Shown: piece after piece, positions 26,475 through 35,749 of the stretch
How positions within the stretch are numbered: position 1 is the first letter of the stretch
How the letters are laid out: every line of letters starts with the position of its first letter
Assembly: GCA_037379555.1 (NCBI GenBank)
Contig: JARRJK010000027.1
Span: 1,285-65,284 of the forward strand
Length of the DNA: 64,000 nt
Reading direction: 5' to 3'
Source: Anaerolineales bacterium
GTDB lineage: Bacteria; Chloroflexota; Anaerolineae; Anaerolineales; E44-bin32
Made by a program: the position numbers and the translations under genes
Notes under the pieces: generated by a model
The model's input: only the letters and a program-made list of their open reading frames with translations
What the model was told of the DNA's origin: nothing
Database searches by the model: none

Positions 26475-28532
26475 CTACTCCGGAGTGAGGTGCGAGGCAC
26501 TGAAGAGATCATGTTTAACGTGGGCGTTGAGCATCGGCAGCGCGGCGAGGGTGGTAATGCCCGGGGCCAGGGCGAGGGCCAGCAACCCCGAGGACAGAGA
26601 CGGGCGCAGCGTGTTCCAGAGCACCTCGCCCAGCGGAAACTCGTTGAAGCCGAAGGCGTTCCCGCCCGAAACCGACACGTAAAGCGCTACCAGCCCGGTC
26701 CCGGCGATCAGCCCCAGCAAGCCTCCAAGCAGGCCATAACTGGCAGCTTCCACGGCAACCATCCTGCGGATCTGGGCCTTCGTTGCACCGACGGCGCGTA
26801 AAAGCGAGAACTCGCGTGCTCGCTCGGTAAGACTGATCTGAAGCGTGTTCACCGCCCCAAGCGACGCGGAGATGATCGCCAGGATGAGCATACCGTTCAT
26901 CATCAGGCGTGCCGATTTCATCCCTTCACGCTGAATATCCGTCACGAAGTTCAGATCGGTCACCCAAAGACCCTGATAGGAAGCCACGCTGCCACGAACA
27001 TCCTCGGCGATCATGTCCAGCTCGGAAGGATTGTCAGGGAAGATGGCGATCGTGACCGGCGCGCCCAGTCCAGAGGTCATACCGGCCGGCAGGCTGATGA
27101 TCGATGCTCCGACGAACGCTGGACCGATGCCGGCCACCGGACAGGGCAATCGGCCGGCGGGCGTATTGATCTCGAGTGTATCGTAGAGCTCGAGCCCGTT
27201 CTTGCCGGCCACGGTCGGCGTGAGCAGCTGGCCGCATCCGTCGCGCAGGATAGGCATCGCCGCGTCCCAATTGCCTTCGGTGAATGAGAAGTAGAGATCG
27301 CCGGATCCCCTCAACGCCTGTGGGTTGAGAATAAAGGAAAAGTAGCGCTCACCGAGGAAAGACAGCTCGGGGACGATGACGAAATACGTATCAACGAGCG
27401 TGGCGCGATCGCCGACGCGCGCATGGATCGCATCGCGGGCTTTTCCCGGGACCGTGAAGCTTTCCGTCTCCCGGTATGCCTGTAATCCGCCCTGGACATC
27501 GATGGGGAAGACGCCAATCCCCGGGCGGTCGATCAGACTCTGGGTGCTTTTACGGAAGAAGAGCTCATCAAACCAGAAATCGAGAAATCCACTCACCCCG
27601 ACAATCATCGCGATGCCGATCGCCAATGTGATCACGGTGCGCGTGACGCGCCCGCGTGAGCGCGCCAGGTTCTCAACTGCCAGTTGAGCGCTGACACCCG
27701 GCAGTGCGGAGAGTGATCTCCGCATCGCACGGGCAAAGCTGCCGATGACCGCCGGGGATGCGTACAGCATGCAGAGCAGGAAGGTGGCGATGGCTGCAAT
27801 CACCGCCCGGTCGGTCCATGGCGGATTGAGCCGGATCGCGGGCCGGCCGACGAGCACTGTTGCAAACAGGATGCCCAGCCCGGTCCCGGAGACGGCCAGG
27901 CGGCGGCGATCGCTCTCGGGTGGCGTCGTTGCCTCGGCCCGGCGAGCGCCCATAAGAGGGGATTGAGCGAACATGCGCCGCAGGGGAAGCCAGGCGGCAG
28001 CTGTGGTGACCGACACACCGACAATCGCCGCCCGGATTAAACCTGCCGGCTCTGGCACCGGACGGCCGAATTGGTTAAACATCGGACTTGTCGCCTCGAT
28101 CAGCTTAATTAATCCCAGCGTGAGGCCGATCCCGGCTGGAATGCCCACCGCCACGCCGGCCAGGCCGGTGCAAGCGGTCTCCAGCCCGAGCAGGGCGGCG
28201 AGCTGCCTGCGCTCCATGCCGATGGCTCGCAGCCGGCTGAACTCCGGGGCGCGTTGATGCACCGACATCAAGGAGCTGTTCAGAATCAGAAAACCGGCGG
28301 CGATGTTAATCACGAGCCCGATCGCCGACAAGCCGGTATCCATTTGCTCGCCCATAAATGCGGTCACGGCTTCCATCTCCGGCGTGCGTGCAATTTCAGA
28401 GGTGATCGACCGGCTGAGCAAGTCTGATGTGACCAGCATCATCACGCCGCTGGCAAGCGCCAGCGTTGCTATGAGATAGCGCAAGGGCGCAGAACGCATC
28501 TGTCGCCAGGCGAGCAGCGCGATGGCGGGCAT
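26475..28532 (-). CDS. ABC transporter permease, FtsX/MacB-like with two FtsX domains
   Basis: 685 aa. Two 4-TM FtsX modules separated by a large extracytoplasmic domain. Adjacent to the cognate ATPase. Confidence 0.88.
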   Translation of the reverse strand: MPAIALLAWRQMRSAPLRYLIATLALASGVMMLVTSDLLSRSITSEIARTPEMEAVTAFMGEQMDTGLSAIGLVINIAAGFLILNSSLMSVHQRAPEFSRLRAIGMERRQLAALLGLETACTGLAGVAVGIPAGIGLTLGLIKLIEATSPMFNQFGRPVPEPAGLIRAAIVGVSVTTAAAWLPLRRMFAQSPLMGARRAEATTPPESDRRRLAVSGTGLGILFATVLVGRPAIRLNPPWTDRAVIAAIATFLLCMLYASPAVIGSFARAMRRSLSALPGVSAQLAVENLARSRGRVTRTVITLAIGIAMIVGVSGFLDFWFDELFFRKSTQSLIDRPGIGVFPIDVQGGLQAYRETESFTVPGKARDAIHARVGDRATLVDTYFVIVPELSFLGERYFSFILNPQALRGSGDLYFSFTEGNWDAAMPILRDGCGQLLTPTVAGKNGLELYDTLEINTPAGRLPCPVAGIGPAFVGASIISLPAGMTSGLGAPVTIAIFPDNPSELDMIAEDVRGSVASYQGLWVTDLNFVTDIQREGMKSARLMMNGMLILAIISASLGAVNTLQISLTERAREFSLLRAVGATKAQIRRMVAVEAASYGLLGGLLGLIAGTGLVALYVSVSGGNAFGFNEFPLGEVLWNTLRPSLSSGLLALALAPGITTLAALPMLNAHVKHDLFSASHLTPE

Positions 28533-28538
28533 CCTGAA

Positions 28539-29288
<750 letters not shown>

Positions 29289-29597
29289 CTCCTGTGAAAG
29301 GCTCCGGAATAGAACGCACCCCGTCCGTGGATTTCAGCACAGGCTATTATCTCTCGAAGGAAGGGGGCGCGTAAAGCCGTACCTGCGGGGCAGGCGTTTG
29401 GGCCCTCTCAGACGCCACACACAGGTAAAAGCCTATGTAGTAGAGACCTGGTTGAGCGAAGATATCCACTGGCTGATGGGCGAGGCGGGGATAGGGCGCT
29501 GGAATGTGATCGGTGTACAATACCGCGAGTTGAAATAAGATCGCACCTGCCGATGAGCACGATCCAGTGGCGGGTAGCGAACTGGGAGCAGTGACCG

Positions 29598-30284
29598 ATG
29601 CAGGCGATTGTCATCGCACCGGATCCAGACGAACGCGATCTCCTGGTTTACACCCTGCGCAAGGCAGGCCTGGCTGTTGCCGCGAGCAGCGATCACCGCC
29701 GGGTGCTGTCCAACTGGGCCGACCACGCAGCCGATGTGCTGCTGATCGCTCTGGCAGTAGATTCAGATCCTATGAAGGTGATCGCCGACGTCCGGGCAGC
29801 CACACAGGTTCCGCTGGTGCTGGTCGCCGAACCACGGTCGGAGTCAGCCACCTGCCAGATCTTAAACTCAGGAGCCGACGTCATCCTTTCCCGGCCAATT
29901 TCTCCCCTGTTGATCGCTGCTCAGTGTGCGGCCGTCCTGCGGCGCTCCAACGCCATCCCGGGCTTTGTGCTTCCCAGCCTCGACTTGGGCCGCATCTCGC
30001 TCGATCCATCCACGCGCCAGGTCGAAGTGGAAGGAAAGGCTCCGCAGCGCCTGACACAGCTCGAATTCCGCCTGCTCTACGTGCTGATGACCAATCGCGG
30101 CCAAGTCCTGCCGAGTGAAGTCATCGTCGAGCGCGTCTGGGGGTACAGTGGGGAAGGCAATCGAGATCTGGTGCGCGGCTTGGTCAGCCGCTTGCGGCAC
30201 AAGATCGAGCCTGACCCCGAGAAACCGGTTTTCCTCGAAACGCTGTCGGGCGTCGGCTACCGCTTCAACTCGGACGAAATTTAA
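29598..30284 (+). CDS. atypical OmpR-family regulator with a degenerate (pseudo-)receiver domain
   Basis: 228 aa. The winged helix is intact (...ETLSGVGYRF). In the receiver, the phospho-acceptor position reads DVLLIALAV (Ala where Asp is expected), the T/S position reads LVLVAEP, and the conserved Lys reads SRP. Confidence 0.85.
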   Translation: MQAIVIAPDPDERDLLVYTLRKAGLAVAASSDHRRVLSNWADHAADVLLIALAVDSDPMKVIADVRAATQVPLVLVAEPRSESATCQILNSGADVILSRPISPLLIAAQCAAVLRRSNAIPGFVLPSLDLGRISLDPSTRQVEVEGKAPQRLTQLEFRLLYVLMTNRGQVLPSEVIVERVWGYSGEGNRDLVRGLVSRLRHKIEPDPEKPVFLETLSGVGYRFNSDEI

Positions 30285-30314
30285 CCCGATTTACTCTGAA
30301 AACAGAGATTGAAA

Positions 30315-30355
30315 CCCGGATGGCACGCATTTCGTCGTCCGGGGGCCTTTTTTAT
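30315..30355 (+). terminator. probable intrinsic terminator after the regulator gene
   Basis: CCCGGA...(17 nt)...TCCGGG followed by GGCCTTTTTTAT. Confidence 0.55.
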
Positions 30356-30469
30356 ACGCCCTTGCCACAGCCCCTGCACGTTAAATGACTCGCACGTGAT
30401 TAATCTACACACTGGTTCGATCCAAACCTGTCGGATGCTGATGCATCCTGCACCAGAAGGGGAGGGCCT

Positions 30470-30691
30470 ATGGTAATTGGAAGATGTCCCGAATGCGACG
30501 CGGAGGTTCCCGTGGACGCATTGGTGGTGATGGACCAGCGCCTGTGCTGCTCGCGATGCGGCGCACAGCTGGTGGTGATCGGCGTCTCGCCGGTCGAACT
30601 GGATTGGGCTTTCGTTGAACCGATCCCCAACCAGCGCTTGGGCGAGGAGCCCGGTGTGTTTCCGATCGATCCAGCCTGGACAAAGCGATAG
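30470..30691 (+). CDS. LysW-like zinc-ribbon protein (possible amino-group carrier protein) with an atypical C-terminal extension
   Basis: 73 aa, strong RBS GGGGAGGG 5 nt upstream. GRCPECDAEVPV...CCSRCGAQLVVIGVSPVELDWA parallels Thermus LysW as I recall it (GTCPECGAEL...CEDCGAELEVVGLDPLRLE...EDWGE). Here about 25 further residues follow instead of a terminal EDWGE. Confidence 0.6.
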   Translation: MVIGRCPECDAEVPVDALVVMDQRLCCSRCGAQLVVIGVSPVELDWAFVEPIPNQRLGEEPGVFPIDPAWTKR

Positions 30692-30741
30692 GGCCCGGAG
30701 ATAGCCTGGAGCGGATGCTCCAGAACGAGGAGCGTAAGATC

Positions 30742-31968
30742 ATGCATTACTTCGAGAACACAGTCTCACATCGTAAACCTCCCGCAGCCGGGCACCGTCA
30801 TGCGCCCTGGCGCGTGGCGGTGCTTGCGAACTTGAAGGAGGATGTCGAGCATACGCTCGAAGATCCTCCCGACGCCGGCGCCGAGTTTGATCGCAGGGAA
30901 ACGGTCGAAGCGATCGCCCGTGCGCTCGAACTCGACGGTCACTGGGTGCATATCTGCATCGCTGATCAATCACTGGCAGAAAGCCTCACCAACCTTCGTC
31001 CACATATTTGTTTCAATATTGCGGAAGGAATTCAGGGCGATGCGCGCGAAGCCCAGGCGCCAGCGCTGTGTGAGCTGCTTGGCATACCCTACACCGCTTC
31101 GCGGGTGCTGACCAACGCACTTTCGCTGGATAAAACCCAGACCAAACGCGTCTGGGCCAGCCATGGTCTGCCGACGCCGGCCTTCCATGAATTCCGGAGT
31201 GGGCGAGAGCCGGTGCGCAAAGACTTCCGCTACCCGCTGTTTGTCAAACCAGCGCGCGAAGGCACCGGTATGGGCATCGATGGCTCGGCCGTGGTTCACA
31301 ACGAGCGGGAGCTTCGCCAGCGCGTGAACTGGGTTTTGAAGACATACAAACAGCCTGCGCTGGCGGAGGAGTTCCTGCCCGGGCGTGAGTTCACGGTGGG
31401 TTTCATCGGCAATCCGGGATCGTCCCGGGATCGCCGCCGGCCCTGGCTGTACAACTCGCAGGGCTACCACGTGTTCCCGATCCTCGAACTTGACAACAGC
31501 CGGAGCGTAAGCCCGGGCATTTACAGCAACGCGGCCAAGTCGCTCGATATCGGCGAGCAAGGCGCGCCGGATTACCTCTGCCCGGCGAACATCTCGCGTA
31601 CGCTCGCCCGCAAGCTGATTGACCTTTCGCTGCGCGCGGCGGAGGCAGTTGGCGCTTTGGACGTATCACGGGTCGATCTGCGGCTCGACGCGGATGGTGA
31701 GCCATACCTGCTCGAGATCAACACGCTGCCCGGGCTCAACCCGCTGGTCAGCGATCTGTGCATCATGGCCGCTGCTGAGGGCATGAACTACGATGTCTTG
31801 ATCGGCGAGATCCTCTATCTGGGCGCTGAGCGCTACCAGCTGCCTTTCGAGCGGGTAGCGCGGAGCGAGGAGGCGCGCCCGCTGATCGCCCTGCGCGAGC
31901 GCGTCAGTCAGGTAGCTCAGCTTGCGACCGCGCCCGTCCTGCGCGCTGCTCTGCGCAGGAACCTATGA
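30742..31968 (+). CDS. ATP-grasp ligase, D-alanine--D-alanine ligase-like family
   Basis: ORF from 30715. The ATG at 30742 is preferred (GAGGAG 9 nt upstream). ...LGIPYTASRVLTNALSLDKTQTK..., FVKPAREGTGMGI, EEFLPGREFTVGFIGN, DVSRVDLRLDADGEPYLLEINTLPGL. ATGA overlap with kamA. Confidence 0.85.
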   Translation: MHYFENTVSHRKPPAAGHRHAPWRVAVLANLKEDVEHTLEDPPDAGAEFDRRETVEAIARALELDGHWVHICIADQSLAESLTNLRPHICFNIAEGIQGDAREAQAPALCELLGIPYTASRVLTNALSLDKTQTKRVWASHGLPTPAFHEFRSGREPVRKDFRYPLFVKPAREGTGMGIDGSAVVHNERELRQRVNWVLKTYKQPALAEEFLPGREFTVGFIGNPGSSRDRRRPWLYNSQGYHVFPILELDNSRSVSPGIYSNAAKSLDIGEQGAPDYLCPANISRTLARKLIDLSLRAAEAVGALDVSRVDLRLDADGEPYLLEINTLPGLNPLVSDLCIMAAAEGMNYDVLIGEILYLGAERYQLPFERVARSEEARPLIALRERVSQVAQLATAPVLRAALRRNL

Positions 31969-33414
31969 GTGCGGGTGCGATGATGATAGCCAGAGGAGCG
32001 AGCGGGGTGCGGGCGGGTTTCATTTCCCGGCGTGCGCCGCAGTTCGAATCGGTACCGGACGAGCAGTGGAACAACTGGCGCTGGCAGTTGAGCCACCGTC
32101 TGAACAGTGCAGACGAGATCAATGAGATCGTTCCGCTCCACGAGAGCGAGAAGCGCGCGCTGTCAGCTGGCCATCTTTTCCGCGTGGACATCACCCCATA
32201 CTTCATATCGCTCATCGATCCTGACGATCCGGGCGATCCGATCCGCCGTCAGGTGATCCCGACCGATGCAGAGCTTGCACCCTTTGAAGGCATGCTGGTA
32301 CTCACTGGCGGAGGAAGAACATTCGCCCGTGCCGGGGCTGGTGCACCGCTATCCCGATCGTGTGCTGATGCTCGTCACGACTCAGTGCGCCTCCTACTGC
32401 CGCTACTGCACGCGCTCCCGCATCGTCGGCGATCCGCACCGGCAGTTTTCGCGCCACGACTACGAACAGCAGCTCGATTACCTGCGGCGCACACCGCAGG
32501 TGCGCGACGTCCTGCTTTCGGGTGGTGATCCGCTAACGCTCCCCCCGGCGGTGCTCGAGGGTCTGCTGCGCAGCCTGCGTGAGATCGAGCATATCGAGAT
32601 CATCCGCATCGGAAGCCGGGTGCCGGTCTTCCTGCCGATGCGCGTGGATGAGCAGCTGGCCGAGATGCTGGCACGCTATCATCCGCTCTGGATGAACATC
32701 CATGTCAACCACTCGAACGAGATTACAGCCGAACTGGCACAGGCGACGGACCGACTGACCCGGGCCGGAATCCCGCTCGGAAACCAGTCGGTGCTGCTGG
32801 CCGGAGTGAACGACTGCGTCGCGGTGCAGCGCAAGCTGGTGCAGGATCTGGTGCGCATGCGCGTGCGCCCATACTATCTGTACCAGTGCGACCTCGTCGC
32901 CGGAGCAGGGCATTTCCGCACTCCGGTAGCGAAGGGCATCGAGATCATCGAGGGCCTGCGCGGCCACACCTCGGGTTATGCTGTACCGACGTATGTCGTC
33001 GATGCCCCAGGCGGCGGCGGGAAGATCCCGCTCATGCCGAACTACCTGCTCAGCCAATCCGACCATCGGGTTGTGCTGCGCAATTATGAGGGCTATATCG
33101 CCACCTACGAAGAGCCGACTGATTACCAGGCGCATGATCGCACCAGTTGCCCGGCCTGCCGGGCGAACGCATCTGCGGCAGGACAGGCGGGTGTCTCCGG
33201 CCTGCTGGCAGGTGAGCGGCGGGCCATCAAGCCGGAAGGGTTTGATGGGCTGCATGCGCGGCAGACGGCCCCTGCCGCTGCGGCTGAATTTGACCAGACG
33301 CATGAACTTCTAATGGAAACCAGGCTGAGGGTTATCCAGCCTATACCCACCCACTCGAACGGCAACGGCCATCGGAAGCAGCGCGTCCGCAAACCGAAAT
33401 CCGACAGCAGCTAG
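31965..33414 (+). pseudogene. kamA: lysine 2,3-aminomutase (radical SAM/PLP, KamA/AblA type) carrying an apparent +1 frameshift near 32299
   Basis: ORF 31965..32528 carries the N-terminus (…WNNWRWQL…ITPYFISLIDPDDPGDPIRRQVIP…EGML). ORF 32266..33414 carries the rest (…SLAEEEHSPVPGLVHRYPDRVLMLVTTQCASYCRYCTR…GGDPL…YQCDL…VVDAPGGGGKI…). Deleting the T at 32299 (CTGGTACTCA -> CTGGACTCA) joins them as …EGMLDSLAEEEHSPVPGL…, colinear with B. subtilis KamA (…MEDPLHEDGDSPVPGL…) as I recall it. Confidence 0.85.
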
Positions 33415-33497
33415 TCAGACGCAGGCAAGGAAGGATCTAGTGTCAGCCCGGGAACAAGCCTGGGCTGATGTTCGTTAATGGGGGTGGAACTCGGGGA

Positions 33498-33554
33498 TTG
33501 AAATACTCGCCAACCGGATATACAATATACGTGAATAATATTTCATGTTATAAT
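33498..33554 (+). promoter_or_regulatory. tandem sigma70-type promoters for the 33619 gene
   Basis: TTGAAA (33498..33503), a 17-nt spacer, TACAAT (33521..33526). A second extended -10, TGTTATAAT, is at 33546..33554. This is an AT-rich island in a GC-rich sequence. Confidence 0.6.
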
Positions 33555-33618
33555 AATCACTATAGAGCATCCATTGGATGCACCCCACGAGGGAATGGGT
33601 GCTCGAGAGGGAAAAAAG

Positions 33619-35166
33619 ATGAACAGCACACGATGGGTATATGTCTTCCTGGGGCTGGCGGCCTTCGCGGTGCTCGGCACTGTGACAGTCATCGCGGCCT
33701 TTATTGGCCTCGATCTGGTGCGCGGCAGCGCCTGGAACGAAGGAGTGGCCTCGCCGACGCCTGCCGTGCTTCCAACGCAGTCCGGTCAGGCGAGCATAAG
33801 CGGCCTGGTCTGGCACGACCTGTGCGCTTCGGGCATCCCCGGCCAGCCTGCGCAGGCCGAAGCGCCTGCGGGATGCATCGCGGGTGGCGAATGGGGCTTT
33901 GCGGCCAACGGTATGCTCGAAGCGGGTGAACCGGGCATAACAGGCGTCTTCGTCCGTCTGGGGAGCGGTGCCTGTCCGGCGAGCGGACTGGCCGAGCAGG
34001 CCTCTGATGGGGCCGGTCGTTTCGCCTTCGAGCAGCTTGATCCAGGCACATACTGTGTCTCGATCGATCCGGGCGACGCCCGCAACGCACCACTCCTGCA
34101 GCCGGGCAATTGGACATTTCCTGAGCGCAGTGCGCCGGCGATGGCCACCATAAACGTGGAACAGGCGGAGCACATTTCAGATGTCAATTTCGGCTGGGAT
34201 TTCCAGTTCGAGCCGTTGCCTCCGACGCCGACCCCCACACCGACGGTCACGCCGACGGCGACCATGCCGCCCACGCCAACTCGCACGCCTACGCCTACTG
34301 CACCGCCGATCCCCTGTGACTGGGTTGGCTTCGTCAAAGATATATCCGTGCCAGACGGTACGAACCTGCATCCAGACGAGACCGCCACCAAGACCTGGCG
34401 GCTGAAGAACATCGGCACCTGCACCTGGACCCGCGATTACGACCTGGTTTTCATCACGGGTGCCCGGATGTCGAACACCAAGGCGGTGCCGCTGAAGGCA
34501 AACGTCAAGCCCGGGGAGACGATCGATATCTCGATTGAGCTCAGGGCGCCGGTTCTCACGGGCAAGTACACTGACTACTGGGCGCTGCGCAACGCCTCGG
34601 GACTGATCTTCGGGATGGGATCAGATGCCGATGACCCATTCTGGGTGACGATCAATGTGGTCAAGCCGAGAAAGGTCGTCTTCAACTTCTATGAGCATGT
34701 TTGTGATGCGGACTGGGTGAGCACCAGCGGTGAGCTTTCCTGCCCAACGCAGGATTACTCCATCGATGGACTCGTTCAAGGCGTGGCCCTTCCGGTCCTG
34801 GAAGGGGGGCGCCAGGAGAATGAGCCCGGGATCTGGGTCATTCCGGAAGGAGTCGGCGGCGGCCGGATCTCCGGCACCTTCCCGGCCCTTAGCGTGAAAT
34901 CGGGCGATCATTTTCGAACGGTAGTCTCCTGCGCGAATGACGCACCTGGCTGCGATCTGCAATTCAAGCTGGAGTACCAGATCGGAGACGGCGAGGTCAA
35001 GACGCTGGGCCGTTGGGATGAGACCTACGACGGCAAATACACCAAGGTTGACATCGACCTCAGTCCCCTGGCGGGCAAAGATGTGAAATTCATCCTGACC
35101 GTCCGGGCGAAGGATGCCTTCAACCAGGACTTTGCCCTCTGGCTGATGCCGGCGATCTATCGCTAG
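33619..35166 (+). CDS. membrane-anchored/secreted protein with SdrD-B/Cna-B-like domain, Pro/Thr linker and NBR1-like (Nbr1_FW) Ig domain
   Basis: ORF from 33574. The ATG at 33619 is preferred (MNSTRWVYVFLGLAAFAVLGTV anchor). GEPGITGVFVRLGS...GRFAFEQLDPGTYCVSIDP, then PLPPTPTPTPTVTPTATMPPTPTRTPTPTAPP, then CDWVGFVKDISVPDGT...TKTWRLKNIGTCTW...YWALRNASGLIFG. Confidence 0.8.
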   Translation: MNSTRWVYVFLGLAAFAVLGTVTVIAAFIGLDLVRGSAWNEGVASPTPAVLPTQSGQASISGLVWHDLCASGIPGQPAQAEAPAGCIAGGEWGFAANGMLEAGEPGITGVFVRLGSGACPASGLAEQASDGAGRFAFEQLDPGTYCVSIDPGDARNAPLLQPGNWTFPERSAPAMATINVEQAEHISDVNFGWDFQFEPLPPTPTPTPTVTPTATMPPTPTRTPTPTAPPIPCDWVGFVKDISVPDGTNLHPDETATKTWRLKNIGTCTWTRDYDLVFITGARMSNTKAVPLKANVKPGETIDISIELRAPVLTGKYTDYWALRNASGLIFGMGSDADDPFWVTINVVKPRKVVFNFYEHVCDADWVSTSGELSCPTQDYSIDGLVQGVALPVLEGGRQENEPGIWVIPEGVGGGRISGTFPALSVKSGDHFRTVVSCANDAPGCDLQFKLEYQIGDGEVKTLGRWDETYDGKYTKVDIDLSPLAGKDVKFILTVRAKDAFNQDFALWLMPAIYR

Positions 35167-35184
35167 GGCTCGCATGTTAAATCC

Positions 35185-35218
35185 TGAGGCCTGCCCATCA
35201 GCATTATGGCAGGCCTCA
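35185..35218 (+). terminator. perfect 11-bp stem hairpin downstream of the 33619 gene (no U tract)
   Basis: TGAGGCCTGCC (35185..35195) and GGCAGGCCTCA (35208..35218), 12-nt loop. Confidence 0.4.
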
Positions 35219-35317
35219 AGCCCCGGCGATTGATGGCCTGTCACCGCGTCGCCGATCGATTGGAGGGACGATATGCACGGTCGGCCAACTTGAGGGTTCA
35301 TCAGCAATCACGGCGCT

Positions 35318-35593
35318 GTGCTGGGACTGCTCTACAGGGAGGGGGATTTGACCGCACGTGTGATCGCAGAAAGGCTGGCGATCACGGAACGCAGCGTGCG
35401 CCGGATCCTGAAGGATCTGGAGACCGAGGGCTACATCCAGCACCGGCGGGTTGGGCGGAAGAACGCCTACCGCATCAATCTTGAACAGGCTTTGCGTCGA
35501 GCCGACCAGAGCGGGGTGACCGTTGGAGCTCTCCTGAAGGTGATCGGATCGCCGGCCGAAACGCAGCCAATGAGGACGAAACCGAAGTCCTGA
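35318..35593 (+). CDS. small winged-helix DNA-binding protein (paralog of 36879..37169); the N-terminus is cut off by an in-frame TGA
   Basis: ORF-track product MLGLLYREGDLTARVIAERLAITERSVRRILKDLETEGYIQHRRVGRKNAYRI.... The same frame extends upstream to the ATG at 35273 (GGAGGG RBS) as MHGRPT*GFISNHGAVLGLL.... The TGA at 35291..35293 aligns with Trp in the paralog (MSPKSPWTFITNHGAVLAIL). Confidence 0.7.
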   Translation: MLGLLYREGDLTARVIAERLAITERSVRRILKDLETEGYIQHRRVGRKNAYRINLEQALRRADQSGVTVGALLKVIGSPAETQPMRTKPKS

Positions 35594-35749
35594 TGGTGAG
35601 AGGGAGCAGCGCGTGGGCGAGCTCACTTCGCGCCCGGCGTTCAGGCTCATGTAGGAGACAGGGCCAGGCACAGGCTTTCGCCCGGTCCTGCAGATCTTGA
35701 TGGGTTCATCAGCCGGGATGGGGGCGTTGCCGGCGAGGAATGAAGAGAG

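Noticed and set aside
30353-30469. A lysine (L-box) riboswitch or T-box upstream of the LysW-like/kamA operon.
   Set aside because: Only about 115 nt are available, and none of the conserved L-box helices or motifs is visible. There is only a 6-bp hairpin (GGATGC-TGAT-GCATCC) and a GCACGT direct repeat.
34195-34300. Repetitive ACGCC/ACCCC-rich DNA, and the repeat-rich 47.8-56 kb region, considered as possible CRISPR or other non-coding repeat arrays.
   Set aside because: The first encodes an in-frame Pro/Thr linker (PTPTPTPTVTPTATMPPTPTRTPTPT). The second encodes diverged protein-level DUF11 repeats. Neither has regular repeat-spacer periodicity at the DNA level.
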